Source: Christensenellaceae bacterium (GTDB taxonomy: Bacteria; Bacillota; Clostridia; Christensenellales; Borkfalkiaceae). From it: a stretch of 47,157 bases of DNA. Shown one piece after another: positions 8,283 to 16,678 of this stretch. The DNA lies in assembly GCA_016295005.1 (NCBI GenBank), contig JAEDMA010000001.1, positions 1-47,157 on the forward strand, given 5' to 3'. The translations under genes and the position numbers were made by a program. How positions within the stretch are numbered: position 1 is the stretch's first letter; each line of letters opens with the position of its first letter. Under the pieces are notes generated by a model. The model saw nothing but the letters and a program-made list of their open reading frames with translations. It was not told the origin of the DNA and made no database searches.

Positions 8283-9203
8283 TTACGCCCTCTTTTTCTT
8301 TAATGCGTTGATTAAAACGTAAACGCCTATCAGAACGGCGGTGGAACACAGAACTATTACCGCCATTGCGGGAACGGATACCTCGGTACCGAAAAAGGAT
8401 AGTTTGCAGTCTATTCCTTCTTTTATACCGTTCATTATCGCGGTAACGTCCGTTTCCGAAGCGCCGCTTTTCGTTATTACGTCGGCGAGTTCGTTGAAAG
8501 TTCCGTTTAGTGCGTGGTTTCTCATAAGCGAAGTTCCGTAAGTCCCGGGTAAGAAAGAAAGGGCTTTCTGCAAGCCGTCGCCGAAACTGTGTATAGGCAT
8601 ATACGCGCCGCAAATAAATCCGTAACCGGCGGAAACTATCGTTCCCACGGCTGACATCTGCCCTTGCGTGGTTAAAAAGGAGTTTACTATGGACGAAAGC
8701 GCCGTTCCGAACATAGAAAGCAAAACTGTATCTAAGAGTATAAGCAAAACGTCGGTAAAACTTAAATACCAGCCGACTATGGCAAGATATATAAAGCAAG
8801 CCGCCGCCGCGGTAAAGCATACCGTAAGCGTGTTGATAAGCGTAGCGACGTAATAAGAAAGGGACAAAACGCTCTTTTTTACGGGAGTGATAAGCAAATC
8901 TTTTCTCGCGCCGTTGACTTTATCCTGTACCATTATAAGGTTAGAACAGAACGCCACCGTTACGCAACTTACCGCGAGTATAGACGAAACGAGTTCGCCT
9001 CCGACCATTCCTTCTATCAGACTTTTGCTTACCGTAAAGCCCTCCGGCAAAGATTGAGCGAAACTGTCGTAAAATATGTCTTTTAAAAAGGTTGCGTAAA
9101 GAACTAACAGTATCATAGGCGTTATAAGCGACGAAAACAGCATTCCTTTATCGAGAAAAAACAGTTTAGTGTTTCTTTTTATCAATGCAAACAACGATTT
9201 CAT
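8283..9203 (-). CDS. ABC-2 type transporter permease
   Basis: 306 aa with 6 predicted TM segments. It lies immediately downstream of the ATPase gene (ATPase stop at 9205, permease start at 9203). Confidence 0.8.
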   Translation of the reverse strand: MKSLFALIKRNTKLFFLDKGMLFSSLITPMILLVLYATFLKDIFYDSFAQSLPEGFTVSKSLIEGMVGGELVSSILAVSCVTVAFCSNLIMVQDKVNGARKDLLITPVKKSVLSLSYYVATLINTLTVCFTAAAACFIYLAIVGWYLSFTDVLLILLDTVLLSMFGTALSSIVNSFLTTQGQMSAVGTIVSAGYGFICGAYMPIHSFGDGLQKALSFLPGTYGTSLMRNHALNGTFNELADVITKSGASETDVTAIMNGIKEGIDCKLSFFGTEVSVPAMAVIVLCSTAVLIGVYVLINALKKKRA

Positions 9204-9204
9204 T

Positions 9205-10113
9205 TCAGTTTTCCCCCGTAAGTTTTTTGCCCGTTACCGATAAGAACACGTCGTCCATTTTGCCTTTTTCCACTTCGAAGTCGGTAAAAGTTCCGGGATA
9301 TTTTATTATAAGATTTCTCGCGGTTTCCGTGTCTTTTACCGAAACTCTGAAACCGTCTTTTATCTTTTCGTACTTCTCGCCGAGCGCCTTTATTTTTTCT
9401 TCCGTTTCGCCGTACACGCGGATATAATCCCCCGCGTACTTGTTTTTAAGTTCGAGCGGTGTGCCTTCGGCAGAAATTTTTCCGCCGTCGATTATTATAA
9501 CGTAGTCGGCGTCCGCCGCTTCTTCCATATAGTGCGTGGTTAAAAGCACCGTCATTTTATCTTTTTTACGGATATCTTCTATAACTTTCCAAAGCGTTTT
9601 TCTCGTTTGAGGGTCCAGTCCCGTGGTGGGTTCGTCGAGTATAAGGATTTTAGGTTTATTGAGAAGCGCTCTCGCAACGTCGATTCTTCTTCTCTGACCG
9701 CCCGAAAGTTTGCCGACCGTTCTTTTCATCAAATCGGAAAAATCCAAAAGATTCCCGAGTTCGTTTATGCGTTCTTCGGCTTTTTTACCGTTTATCCCAT
9801 AAAGACTCGCCTTTATCGTAAGATTGTCTTTAACGGAAAGCGCGGAATCCAACGCGGAATTCTGAAACACTACGCCGATTTCCGAGACTATCCCGTTTAT
9901 CTGCGTTTCCACGTTCTTGCCGTTTATTATTACGCTGCCGCCGTCCTTTTCCAAAGCGCCGCACATTATCGATATGGTGGTGGATTTTCCCGCGCCGTTT
10001 ACCCCTAAAAACGCGAACAACTCCCCTTCCTTTACCTTAAAAGAAAGGTCGTTTACCGCTTTCACTTCTCCGAAACTTTTTACTAAATTTTTTATTTCTA
10101 TAACGTTTTCCAT
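9205..10113 (-). CDS. ABC transporter ATP-binding protein (DrrA/ABC-2 exporter type)
   Basis: Walker A GVNGAGKST, signature LSGGQRRR and Walker B ILILDEPTTGLD. I prefer the ATG at 10113 (MENVIEIKNL...) over the track's GTG at 10158. Confidence 0.9.
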   Translation of the reverse strand: MENVIEIKNLVKSFGEVKAVNDLSFKVKEGELFAFLGVNGAGKSTTISIMCGALEKDGGSVIINGKNVETQINGIVSEIGVVFQNSALDSALSVKDNLTIKASLYGINGKKAEERINELGNLLDFSDLMKRTVGKLSGGQRRRIDVARALLNKPKILILDEPTTGLDPQTRKTLWKVIEDIRKKDKMTVLLTTHYMEEAADADYVIIIDGGKISAEGTPLELKNKYAGDYIRVYGETEEKIKALGEKYEKIKDGFRVSVKDTETARNLIIKYPGTFTDFEVEKGKMDDVFLSVTGKKLTGEN

Positions 10114-10250
10114 TTTTGGATTTTTTCGCTTTTTTATTTTGAGTTTTCCCGTTACCACATATAATAACGGGCGTTTTTTATTTTTGTTTTTCCTACTTTG
10201 CGAAAAAAAAACGACTTGTAAAGCCGCTTTTTTTACTCCCTAAGATTTTA

Positions 10251-10751
10251 TTATTTCAAAAATACTCTGCCGAGTTGAGCGATACCTGCGAGCAAAGATA
10301 CTACGCCGCCGACTATCGCGCCGACCGCCAGATGTAACGCGTCTTTTACGTTAGCGCCGAAAATCGAACCGATATCGAGAGCGGTCTGATTAGGCAAACA
10401 GAAAGAAATAGAAAGGAAGAAAAATACGCCGGCAACTATAAACGCGGCCGCTGCGATGAACGCCGCGAATTTGCTTCCCTTTCCTAACGCGCCGAGTACG
10501 GTAAATACTACGCCGACCGCCGCAAGTATAAAAGTTAAAAGGTTCATAAACGAGAAGTTAAATACCGCCACCTCGCTGTTTCCTACTTTTCTGTTATAGC
10601 CGAACGCTATCTGAAGACCGGTATACGTCGTATCGGAATCGTTTATTCCGACGTTGGGTAAAACCATCATAACAATCGCCGCAAGACCGAGTAAGGTTAC
10701 TACGAAGTTAATAATCATATCAAGTTGTCTTTTCTTTGCTTTTTTTGCCAT
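10251..10751 (-). CDS. Hypothetical integral membrane protein (4 TM)
   Basis: 166 aa with a basic N-terminus (MAKKAKKRQ) followed by four hydrophobic helices. No motif recognised. Confidence 0.6.
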   Translation of the reverse strand: MAKKAKKRQLDMIINFVVTLLGLAAIVMMVLPNVGINDSDTTYTGLQIAFGYNRKVGNSEVAVFNFSFMNLLTFILAAVGVVFTVLGALGKGSKFAAFIAAAAFIVAGVFFFLSISFCLPNQTALDIGSIFGANVKDALHLAVGAIVGGVVSLLAGIAQLGRVFLK

Positions 10752-10788
10752 TTCTTAATTCTCCGTTCTTTACTTTTTTGGTAGTACT

Positions 10789-10817
10789 AATATACTATTT
10801 AAATGCCGGATTGTCAA
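10789..10817 (-). promoter_or_regulatory. Promoter of the 10251-10751 membrane protein gene
   Basis: The minus strand reads TTGACA (10812-10817), a 17-nt spacer, then TATATT (10789-10794). Confidence 0.55.
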
Positions 10818-10933
10818 CGCCTATTCGCATTTTTCGTTCTCTTTTTATTTTGTTAGACCATTGTCTAATATCTTGACAAAATTAGAAAATTGTAATTCGC
10901 TTAAAACAAAAACAATACGTTTAAGGGGCTTTT

Positions 10934-11404
10934 ATGGCGCAGGAAATCAATATTTATCTGTCTGACGACCAGATGCTGGAAGACGTAGGCAACGCTTTCA
11001 ATTCTCGCACGAGAAGAGATATTTTAAGGCTGTGCGCCAACAAAAGTTACAGCATATACGGGCTTGCCGAAGCGCTGAACATGGCTATTCCCACGATAAG
11101 TTTTCACGTTAAAATTTTGCAAAAAGCGGGGCTTGTCATCGTTTTGCAACACCCCAACAAAAAGGACAACGAAAAAAACGCTTCTCCGAAAGGAAAAGCG
11201 TTTTATACGTTTAGTTTTTGTTTTTATTTCGTTTACGGTTCGACTATCGTCGTGCCGGTTGCAAAGTTTTCGTTTTTATCTATTGCAGACCAGTTACCGT
11301 CGGCGGTGAAAGTTACCGTCTTTTCGATTCCCGCGAAAGCGAACGCGTCGATTGCTCTTACCGTCGCGCCGAGTTTTACGGAAGTGAGGTTCGCGCATTT
11401 ATAG
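10934..11404 (+). CDS. ArsR/SmtB-family winged-HTH protein whose 3' end is anomalous (possibly truncated or a pseudogene)
   Basis: Residues 20-75 (NSRTRRDILRLCANKSYSIYGLAEALNMAIPTISFHVKILQKAGLV) form a clear ArsR HTH. After that the frame runs through a terminator hairpin and 170 nt antisense into the convergent LRR gene before reaching a stop. Confidence 0.5.
   Translation: MAQEINIYLSDDQMLEDVGNAFNSRTRRDILRLCANKSYSIYGLAEALNMAIPTISFHVKILQKAGLVIVLQHPNKKDNEKNASPKGKAFYTFSFCFYFVYGSTIVVPVAKFSFLSIADQLPSAVKVTVFSIPAKANASIALTVAPSFTEVRFAHL
11172..11206. terminator. Bidirectional terminator between the convergent ArsR-like and LRR genes
   Basis: A7, then stem AACGCTTCTCC-gaaa-GGAAAAGCGTT (11 bp with one mismatch), then TTTTAT. 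Confidence 0.7.
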
Positions 11405-12324
11405 AACATTCCGCGGCTGATATCTTTCGCGTTTATAGTTACATTAGACATAGTTGCTTCGGAGAATGCGTAATCGCCGTATTCCGCGTCGGGAATTACG
11501 AGATTGTTGGTAGTGGTGGCAGCGAACGCGTATTCGCCGACTTTTACGAGCGAAACGTAAGAATTGAAGTTAACGCTAAGTTTCGCGCAACCCGAGAACG
11601 CATTGTTGTATATGGTTTTTACACCCTCCTGACCCGTTACCGTTTTAAGAGCGGTACAGTTTTTGAACGCGCTGTCTCCGATAGCCGTTACTTTAACGTT
11701 GAGTTCCACGCTTTCGATAAGGTTATTATTGTTGAAAGCGCACCAGGGAAGTTCGTATTCTTCCGCAGGCATTACCGATACCTTTTTAAGAGTATAAGGA
11801 AGGTAATAATCGTTAGAACTCGTTTCGTTATAATACTGTGTTACTTTTATACCTTCGTCGTATTCTTCCGTTCCGAATATAACGCCGAAAGTTCTTTCTG
11901 CGTCTACCGATTTATCGGGATCGGAAGCGGTTTCTCCAAAATACGCGTCGGTTTTAGCCGTTACTCCTATAAAGGGAAGAGTGATTTCTTTTAACGCTTT
12001 CATTCCTTTGAACGCGCCCGCGTCGATGGTTTTAACGGTGGCAGGTACGGTTATCGAGGTAAGAGTTTCGTTACCATCGAACGCGCCTTCCTGAATTCTT
12101 TCGATAGTGATGCCTTTACTCATGGCGTACGCCCCGAGATCGAGCGTCGTTACGCCTTCTTCCGCATAATATCCGTAAACGGTATAATTTTCGTCGCCCG
12201 TATATACTTTATACATAAGCCCCGATTTTCCGCCGTTACTCGTATTCGAACCGCACGCAAACAATCCGCAAGCGCATATCGCCGCGATGAGCGCAAGCAC
12301 GGTTACCCTTAAAAATTTCTTCAT
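11233..12324 (-). CDS. BspA-type leucine-rich-repeat lipoprotein
   Basis: I prefer the ATG at 12324 (MKKFLRVTVLALIAAICACGLFAC|GS, a lipobox) with SD GGAGAC. Repeated motifs IxxxAFxxCxxLxxVxLP occur (IDAGAFKGMKALKEITLP, IGDSAFKNCTALKTV, IYNNAFSGCAKLSV), as in LRR_5/BspA repeats. Confidence 0.8.
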   Translation of the reverse strand: MKKFLRVTVLALIAAICACGLFACGSNTSNGGKSGLMYKVYTGDENYTVYGYYAEEGVTTLDLGAYAMSKGITIERIQEGAFDGNETLTSITVPATVKTIDAGAFKGMKALKEITLPFIGVTAKTDAYFGETASDPDKSVDAERTFGVIFGTEEYDEGIKVTQYYNETSSNDYYLPYTLKKVSVMPAEEYELPWCAFNNNNLIESVELNVKVTAIGDSAFKNCTALKTVTGQEGVKTIYNNAFSGCAKLSVNFNSYVSLVKVGEYAFAATTTNNLVIPDAEYGDYAFSEATMSNVTINAKDISRGMFYKCANLTSVKLGATVRAIDAFAFAGIEKTVTFTADGNWSAIDKNENFATGTTIVEP

Positions 12325-12365
12325 TATGGTCTCCTTATATAAGTTATAAGTCAATATACTTAATA

Positions 12366-12394
12366 AGTTTACCATTTTAACTATCTTTTGTCAA
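12366..12394 (-). promoter_or_regulatory. Promoter of the LRR lipoprotein gene
   Basis: The minus strand reads TTGACA (12389-12394), a 17-nt spacer, then TAAACT (12366-12371). Confidence 0.5.
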
Positions 12395-12433
12395 TAAATA
12401 AAGTTATTTTTAACCCCCGAAAATGCCTTTTTT

Positions 12434-13885
12434 TTACAAAATTTCTTTGCCGTCTATAAAACTTTGCAAAAACCCTTCGGCGTTCGCGCCGATTTTTTGA
12501 TACACACCCACAAGATCGCAAGGCTCTGCATTTTTGAATTTATATTCCGAATAATACTTTTTAAGTCCGCCGAAAAACTTGTTATCGCCTAAGGTTTTCC
12601 TTAATAAATCGTACATTACGCACGGTTTTATGTAAGAAAGATTCACGTATTCGTATTCGCTCGTAAATTCGCCGAGCGTTCTGTCCATACAAGTGTTCAC
12701 GTTGTTGAACAGTTTATCGTACACGGTACAAAAGGTTTTATACGTCGTTTCCGCGCTCAAAATCATATCTTCCCTTTTCATTCCGTATTCGGGAAAGTTC
12801 TCGTAAAAAAGCACGACCGAATATTCCGCAAGTCCTTCGTCTAAAAAGCCGTGTTTGATTTCGTTATTGCCGACTACGCTCTGCCACCACTGGTGCGCCG
12901 TTTCGTGAACGGTCACTTCTCCCCTTTCCTTTTCGGTAAGAGTATCGGATATCGTCACGAAGGTTGGATATTCCATTCCGCCCGCGATAAGTTTGGTTTG
13001 CGCCACGGTATATTCGGAATAAGGATATTCGCCGAAAGTTTCGCCGAAAAACGCGAGCGATTTAGTAGCGTATTCGAGAGTTTTTTCGGGTTTTTCGTCT
13101 TTATAATACCAGTAGTTTACCGTTATTCCGTTTACCGAAGCGGTTACGCTTTCGAATTTTTCCGACAACACCATATTAAACGACCTTGCGTTATCAAGCT
13201 TATAGCAAAGCGTTTTTGCTTCTTCGCTTTCGCTTGCCCCCGTAAGTTTACCCGCCGAAGCGACGTTATATTTTTTCGGAAGAGTGATTTTTACTTTGTA
13301 GTTCGCAACGTCCGAATAAAAGGGGTCGCCTATTCCGTAATAAACGCATTCGAAAAAGGATTCGTTTTCTATTCCGCAAAGTATGGGATAAAAGTTAGCA
13401 AGGTTAATAGTATCGGCGTTTATGCCCGTTCTTGCGATTACTTCCGCAAGGCGAAGAGAAAACTCTATTTCCACCGTAACGCTTTCGTCTGGGAACACTT
13501 CTTCGGGCAATTTTACCGACAAAATATTTTCGTCTTTACCACAGATTTCAAATTCAGAGTCGTTTCCGCCTTTTTTTACGCTTAATATTTCCGTTTTGCC
13601 GTAACTTTTGCCTTTATAATAGGCTTTGTTTTCGTACTGCGCGATTATCGGCGAATATTTTGCGTTTTCTCTGTACGCGTTGCCGAAAAGATTAAATTTA
13701 AGTTCTTTAAAAGCGTTGTCCGTATTATTATAAAAAGTTACGCTCTCTTTTCCGTTTAACGTATTCCCGTCGAAAGTCGCTTCTATATTATAAGAAGATA
13801 TTTTAGGATTGTCCGCGCAGCCGCCCGACGCGACGACGGGAAAAATCGTTAATAATACAAGTAAAAAACCGATTATTTTTTTCAT
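12434..13885 (-). CDS. M1 family metallopeptidase (aminopeptidase N-like), probable lipoprotein
   Basis: Zinc motif HETAHQWW, downstream Glu in GFLDEGLAEY, a GxMEN-like GGMEYP, and a signal/lipobox VVASGGC. Confidence 0.85.
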   Translation of the reverse strand: MKKIIGFLLVLLTIFPVVASGGCADNPKISSYNIEATFDGNTLNGKESVTFYNNTDNAFKELKFNLFGNAYRENAKYSPIIAQYENKAYYKGKSYGKTEILSVKKGGNDSEFEICGKDENILSVKLPEEVFPDESVTVEIEFSLRLAEVIARTGINADTINLANFYPILCGIENESFFECVYYGIGDPFYSDVANYKVKITLPKKYNVASAGKLTGASESEEAKTLCYKLDNARSFNMVLSEKFESVTASVNGITVNYWYYKDEKPEKTLEYATKSLAFFGETFGEYPYSEYTVAQTKLIAGGMEYPTFVTISDTLTEKERGEVTVHETAHQWWQSVVGNNEIKHGFLDEGLAEYSVVLFYENFPEYGMKREDMILSAETTYKTFCTVYDKLFNNVNTCMDRTLGEFTSEYEYVNLSYIKPCVMYDLLRKTLGDNKFFGGLKKYYSEYKFKNAEPCDLVGVYQKIGANAEGFLQSFIDGKEIL

Positions 13886-13950
13886 ATAAAAACCCCGATA
13901 TAAACCTTTTTATAAAAGTTTATTCGGGGTTATAGATTTTTATTACTTTC

Positions 13951-14658
13951 TTATTTTTCCGATATATCCATATATTTCGCGGGGTCGATGGTAACGCCGT
14001 TTTCGCTTACTTCGAAGTGAATGTGCGCGCCGTCTTTATATTCCTGACGGTTGGTTACAGAAACCGCGCCGATAACGTCGCCTTTAGATACTTTCTGACC
14101 TTTTACTACTTTATCGCCGTCGGCGAGAGAGTTATACGTGGTTTTGAGTCCGTTGCCGTGATTTATAACGATAGTATAACCTTTTAATATGTCGTTGGTA
14201 ACGCTTTCCACCGTTCCGCCGTATACCGCGAACACTTTACTGCCTTCCGCCGCATAAAAATCGATTGCCTTATGCGCGGAATATCTCGAAAGAGTGCTTG
14301 AAAACACAGGGGTTTCGGAATAATCGCTCATACCCGTAAGGTTTTCTACCGGGATAATGAACTTTATCGTTTCGATAACCGGTTCTTCCGGTTCGACCGG
14401 TTCGTCGGGTGTGTCGGGTGTATCGGGTGTGTCGGGTGTGTCGGGTGTGTCCGGTGTGTCCGGTGTGTCCGGTGTGTCCGGTGTGTCGGGTTCGTCCGGT
14501 TTTATAACGGGAATTTCGGAATCTATATCTATCTTGTTATCTCTTGACAGCAACACGAACGTTACGGTCAGTCCTATCGCCAGTATGCACAACGCCAGAA
14601 CGACGTAGGCGACGTTTCTTCTTAAAAAAAGTAAAAATCCGTTTGTTTTTTCTTTCAT
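13951..14658 (-). CDS. Membrane-anchored M23 (LytM-type) peptidoglycan metalloendopeptidase with a (PDT)9 linker
   Basis: N-terminal TM helix, a PDEP(DTP)9DEPVEPEEP linker, then a LytM domain carrying HKAIDF (HxxxD) and HIHFEV (HxH). Confidence 0.85.
   Translation of the reverse strand: MKEKTNGFLLFLRRNVAYVVLALCILAIGLTVTFVLLSRDNKIDIDSEIPVIKPDEPDTPDTPDTPDTPDTPDTPDTPDTPDTPDEPVEPEEPVIETIKFIIPVENLTGMSDYSETPVFSSTLSRYSAHKAIDFYAAEGSKVFAVYGGTVESVTNDILKGYTIVINHGNGLKTTYNSLADGDKVVKGQKVSKGDVIGAVSVTNRQEYKDGAHIHFEVSENGVTIDPAKYMDISEK
14398..14496 (-). repeat. In-frame 9-bp tandem repeat encoding the (Pro-Asp-Thr)n linker
   Basis: Nine near-identical units of GGTGTGTC(G/C) at 14407-14487, flanked by two degenerate DEP units. 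Confidence 0.95.
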
Positions 14659-14716
14659 TTTTTTATCTCCTTTTCGTTTCCTTTATTGACGGAAAAAAAA
14701 TTTTATATACCTCTTT

Positions 14717-15127
14717 TTAAAAACTTCCGTAAATTAACGGTGAACCCACCTTTATTACGTCGTTTCTTTTTACTATCTGCAAATTTACCTTCTTGCCGTT
14801 TACGATTTTTTCGTAGGGAATTTTTTCAGAATAAGCGTAAATTATCACCGCGTCTTTAATTTCTTCGGTAAATACTGTTTCGGCGTTAAAGTCGCCTATT
14901 ATTTTCTTTTCGTCGCCGCATTTTACGACGCACGCTTCTCCTTTAACCGAAAAATAAAAAGGAAAGGAATATTTATCCGCGTTCACTATTCCGGCAGTAG
15001 AAGAATTTTCTTTTAAATAAAGTTCATACTTGTCCGCATAGTCGGAAAACAACGGCTTATTTACCGTAAAATAAAGCGACAACATAAACGCGACGGATAA
15101 AAAAACGATAAAATAACGTTTGAACAT
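14717..15127 (-). CDS. Hypothetical membrane-anchored protein (136 aa)
   Basis: N-terminal TM helix (YFIVFLSVAFMLSLYF) followed by a soluble beta-rich domain. No motif recognised. Confidence 0.6.
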   Translation of the reverse strand: MFKRYFIVFLSVAFMLSLYFTVNKPLFSDYADKYELYLKENSSTAGIVNADKYSFPFYFSVKGEACVVKCGDEKKIIGDFNAETVFTEEIKDAVIIYAYSEKIPYEKIVNGKKVNLQIVKRNDVIKVGSPLIYGSF

Positions 15128-15187
15128 AAAAAATACTCTCCCCGTTTCGGAGAGAGTATTCCCTTTGGTTTTATTTTTTATACCTGA

Positions 15188-15574
15188 TTATTCGAGAGTT
15201 TCCGCTTCGTCTGCCATCTCGTCTTCTTCGAGCGCTCTGCAGAATTCCTGATACACGTCTTCGAGCAACGCTTCGTCTTCGATGGGAAGAAGTTCTTCTT
15301 CGTCGCCGTCGCCGGGTACTACTTTTAAGATTACTATGCCGTCTTCTTCGAATCCTTCGATTTCTTCGGCGGGTTCGAACGCGGCGTATAATTCGCCTTT
15401 ATATTCGATTTCCCCTACGTAGTGGAATTTGAGAGTTCTGCCGTCGTCGCCGGTGAGTTCTACGATATCTTCGCAATCGCAGCAATCGTCGCAATCGCAG
15501 TCGTGGTCGTGATGATGATGTTCTTCGCAGCCGCAATCGCAGCAATCGTCGTGAAATTTAGTTTCTTCGTTCAT
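15188..15574 (-). CDS. DUF1292 (UPF0473/YrzB-like) protein with a Cys/His/Asp-rich N-terminal extension
   Basis: The acidic C-terminal two-thirds resembles YrzB-family proteins, and its position directly after ruvX matches B. subtilis yrrK-yrzB. The N-terminus is HDDCCDCGCEEHHHHDHDCDCDDCCDCED. Confidence 0.7.
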   Translation of the reverse strand: MNEETKFHDDCCDCGCEEHHHHDHDCDCDDCCDCEDIVELTGDDGRTLKFHYVGEIEYKGELYAAFEPAEEIEGFEEDGIVILKVVPGDGDEEELLPIEDEALLEDVYQEFCRALEEDEMADEAETLE

Positions 15575-15585
15575 TTATTTTCTCC

Positions 15586-16014
15586 TTAATTTTTCTTTTT
15601 GTTATAATCGAGCAAAAAACCTTCTAAAATGGAACACGCCGCAAGGCTATCCACGCACGCTTTTCTTTCTTCGCGCGATTTGCCTTGTTCGATAAGGGTT
15701 TGTTCGGCTTCGCACGTGGTACACCTTTCGTCTACCCCGTACACTGTCGTGTTAAGAGTTTCTTTTAATCTTTCTATAAAGAACACGGCTTTTTCCGTCT
15801 GAACGGACGGCGTTCCGTCGAAGTTTACGGGGACTCCGCAAACTATTTCCGTAGTTCCTTTTTCTTTATAAATTTCGGCTATTTTGCTTAAATCGGTTTT
15901 CAGATTCTTTCTGTACACCGTGCAGACCGGCAACGCGTAACCGTTGAACGGGTCGGACACCGCAACGCCTATTCTTTTATCGCCTATATCGAGACACAGA
16001 AACCTTTTCACCAT
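15586..16014 (-). CDS. ruvX: Holliday junction resolvase-like nuclease RuvX (YqgF)
   Basis: The N-terminus FLCLDIGDKRIGVAVSD and the 142-aa length are typical of YqgF/RuvX. Confidence 0.9.
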   Translation of the reverse strand: MVKRFLCLDIGDKRIGVAVSDPFNGYALPVCTVYRKNLKTDLSKIAEIYKEKGTTEIVCGVPVNFDGTPSVQTEKAVFFIERLKETLNTTVYGVDERCTTCEAEQTLIEQGKSREERKACVDSLAACSILEGFLLDYNKKKN

Positions 16015-16094
16015 TTCATATTACCATAAAAAGGTTATTAAAGCAACAATTATTTACGAAACGAACGGCGGTTTTTTCCGCCGTTCGTGGTTCT

Positions 16095-16262
16095 TTAGTT
16101 TTTTTTCTTCTGTTTTCCGCCATTTTTACCCATTTCGGAAACTTTGTTTATAACTTGTTCCTGACCGTCTTTTACGGCTTGTCTGGCTTTTACGGAATTA
16201 GTTACCAAAACCGCTCCGCCGAGCATTCCCAAAATGACGCCGACTAAAAATTTATCGTTCAT
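16095..16262 (-). CDS. Small YtxH-like membrane protein (55 aa)
   Basis: Not in the ORF track. Hand translation: MNDKFLVGVILGMLGGAVLVTNSVKARQAVKDGQEQVINKVSEMGKNGGKQKKKN. SD GGAGG is upstream and the hairpin 16061-16088 is downstream. Confidence 0.55.
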   Translation of the reverse strand: MNDKFLVGVILGMLGGAVLVTNSVKARQAVKDGQEQVINKVSEMGKNGGKQKKKN

Positions 16263-16306
16263 ATTACCTCCGTTTTACGAAAGTAGTATGCGCGGAAAAA
16301 GTCGAT

Positions 16307-16678
16307 TTATGCGTGTTTTTTCGACTGATAATCTTCTATAGCCGCTTTAATCGCTTCTTCGGCTAATACCGAACAGTGCAATTTCTGCGCGGGAAGTCCG
16401 CCGAGCGCGTCGATTACTCTTTTGTTGGTGAGTTTAAGCGCTTCTTCCACCGTCATTCCCTTTACCATTTCGGTCGCCGTGGAACTGGTGGCGATTGCCG
16501 CCGCGCAGCCGAACGTCTTGAATTTGGCGTCCGTTATCACGTCGTTTTCGATACGAAGCGTTATCTGCATTATATCGCCGCAAACTTCGTTTCCTACCGT
16601 TCCTATTCCGTCGGGATTTTCGATTTCGCCTACGTTTTTGGGATTCTTGAACGTTTCCATTACTTTTTCGTTATACAT
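16307..16678 (-). CDS. nifU: Fe-S cluster assembly scaffold (NifU N-terminal / IscU type)
   Basis: Motifs VCGDIMQ, FGCAAAIATSS and LHCSVLA. I prefer the ATG at 16678 (MYNEKVMETF...), which overlaps the nifS stop by 8 nt. Confidence 0.9.
   Translation of the reverse strand: MYNEKVMETFKNPKNVGEIENPDGIGTVGNEVCGDIMQITLRIENDVITDAKFKTFGCAAAIATSSTATEMVKGMTVEEALKLTNKRVIDALGGLPAQKLHCSVLAEEAIKAAIEDYQSKKHA

Noticed and set aside
8038-8820. 260-aa minus-strand ORF overlapping the feo control region and the ABC permease gene
   Set aside because: It is in a different frame from the convincing ABC-2 permease ORF (8283-9203). Its composition is Arg/Phe/Tyr-rich and low-complexity. It runs through a strong terminator hairpin and the feo promoter. 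I treat it as a shadow ORF.
11218-13585. Long plus-strand ORFs (11218-11994 and 12851-13585), and similar ones at 5007-5567, 5767-6336, 16777-17879 and 45099-45629, antisense to real genes
   Set aside because: Each lies fully inside a minus-strand gene with clear family motifs (LRR, M1 peptidase, FeoB, NifS, PucR). Their translations are Arg/Phe/Val-rich with no motifs and no SD. They are antisense shadow ORFs.
14398-14496. Possible CRISPR-like or satellite repeat
   Set aside because: The units are 9 bp, contiguous with no spacers, and in-frame inside the M23 peptidase gene. It is a coding tandem repeat, not a CRISPR array.
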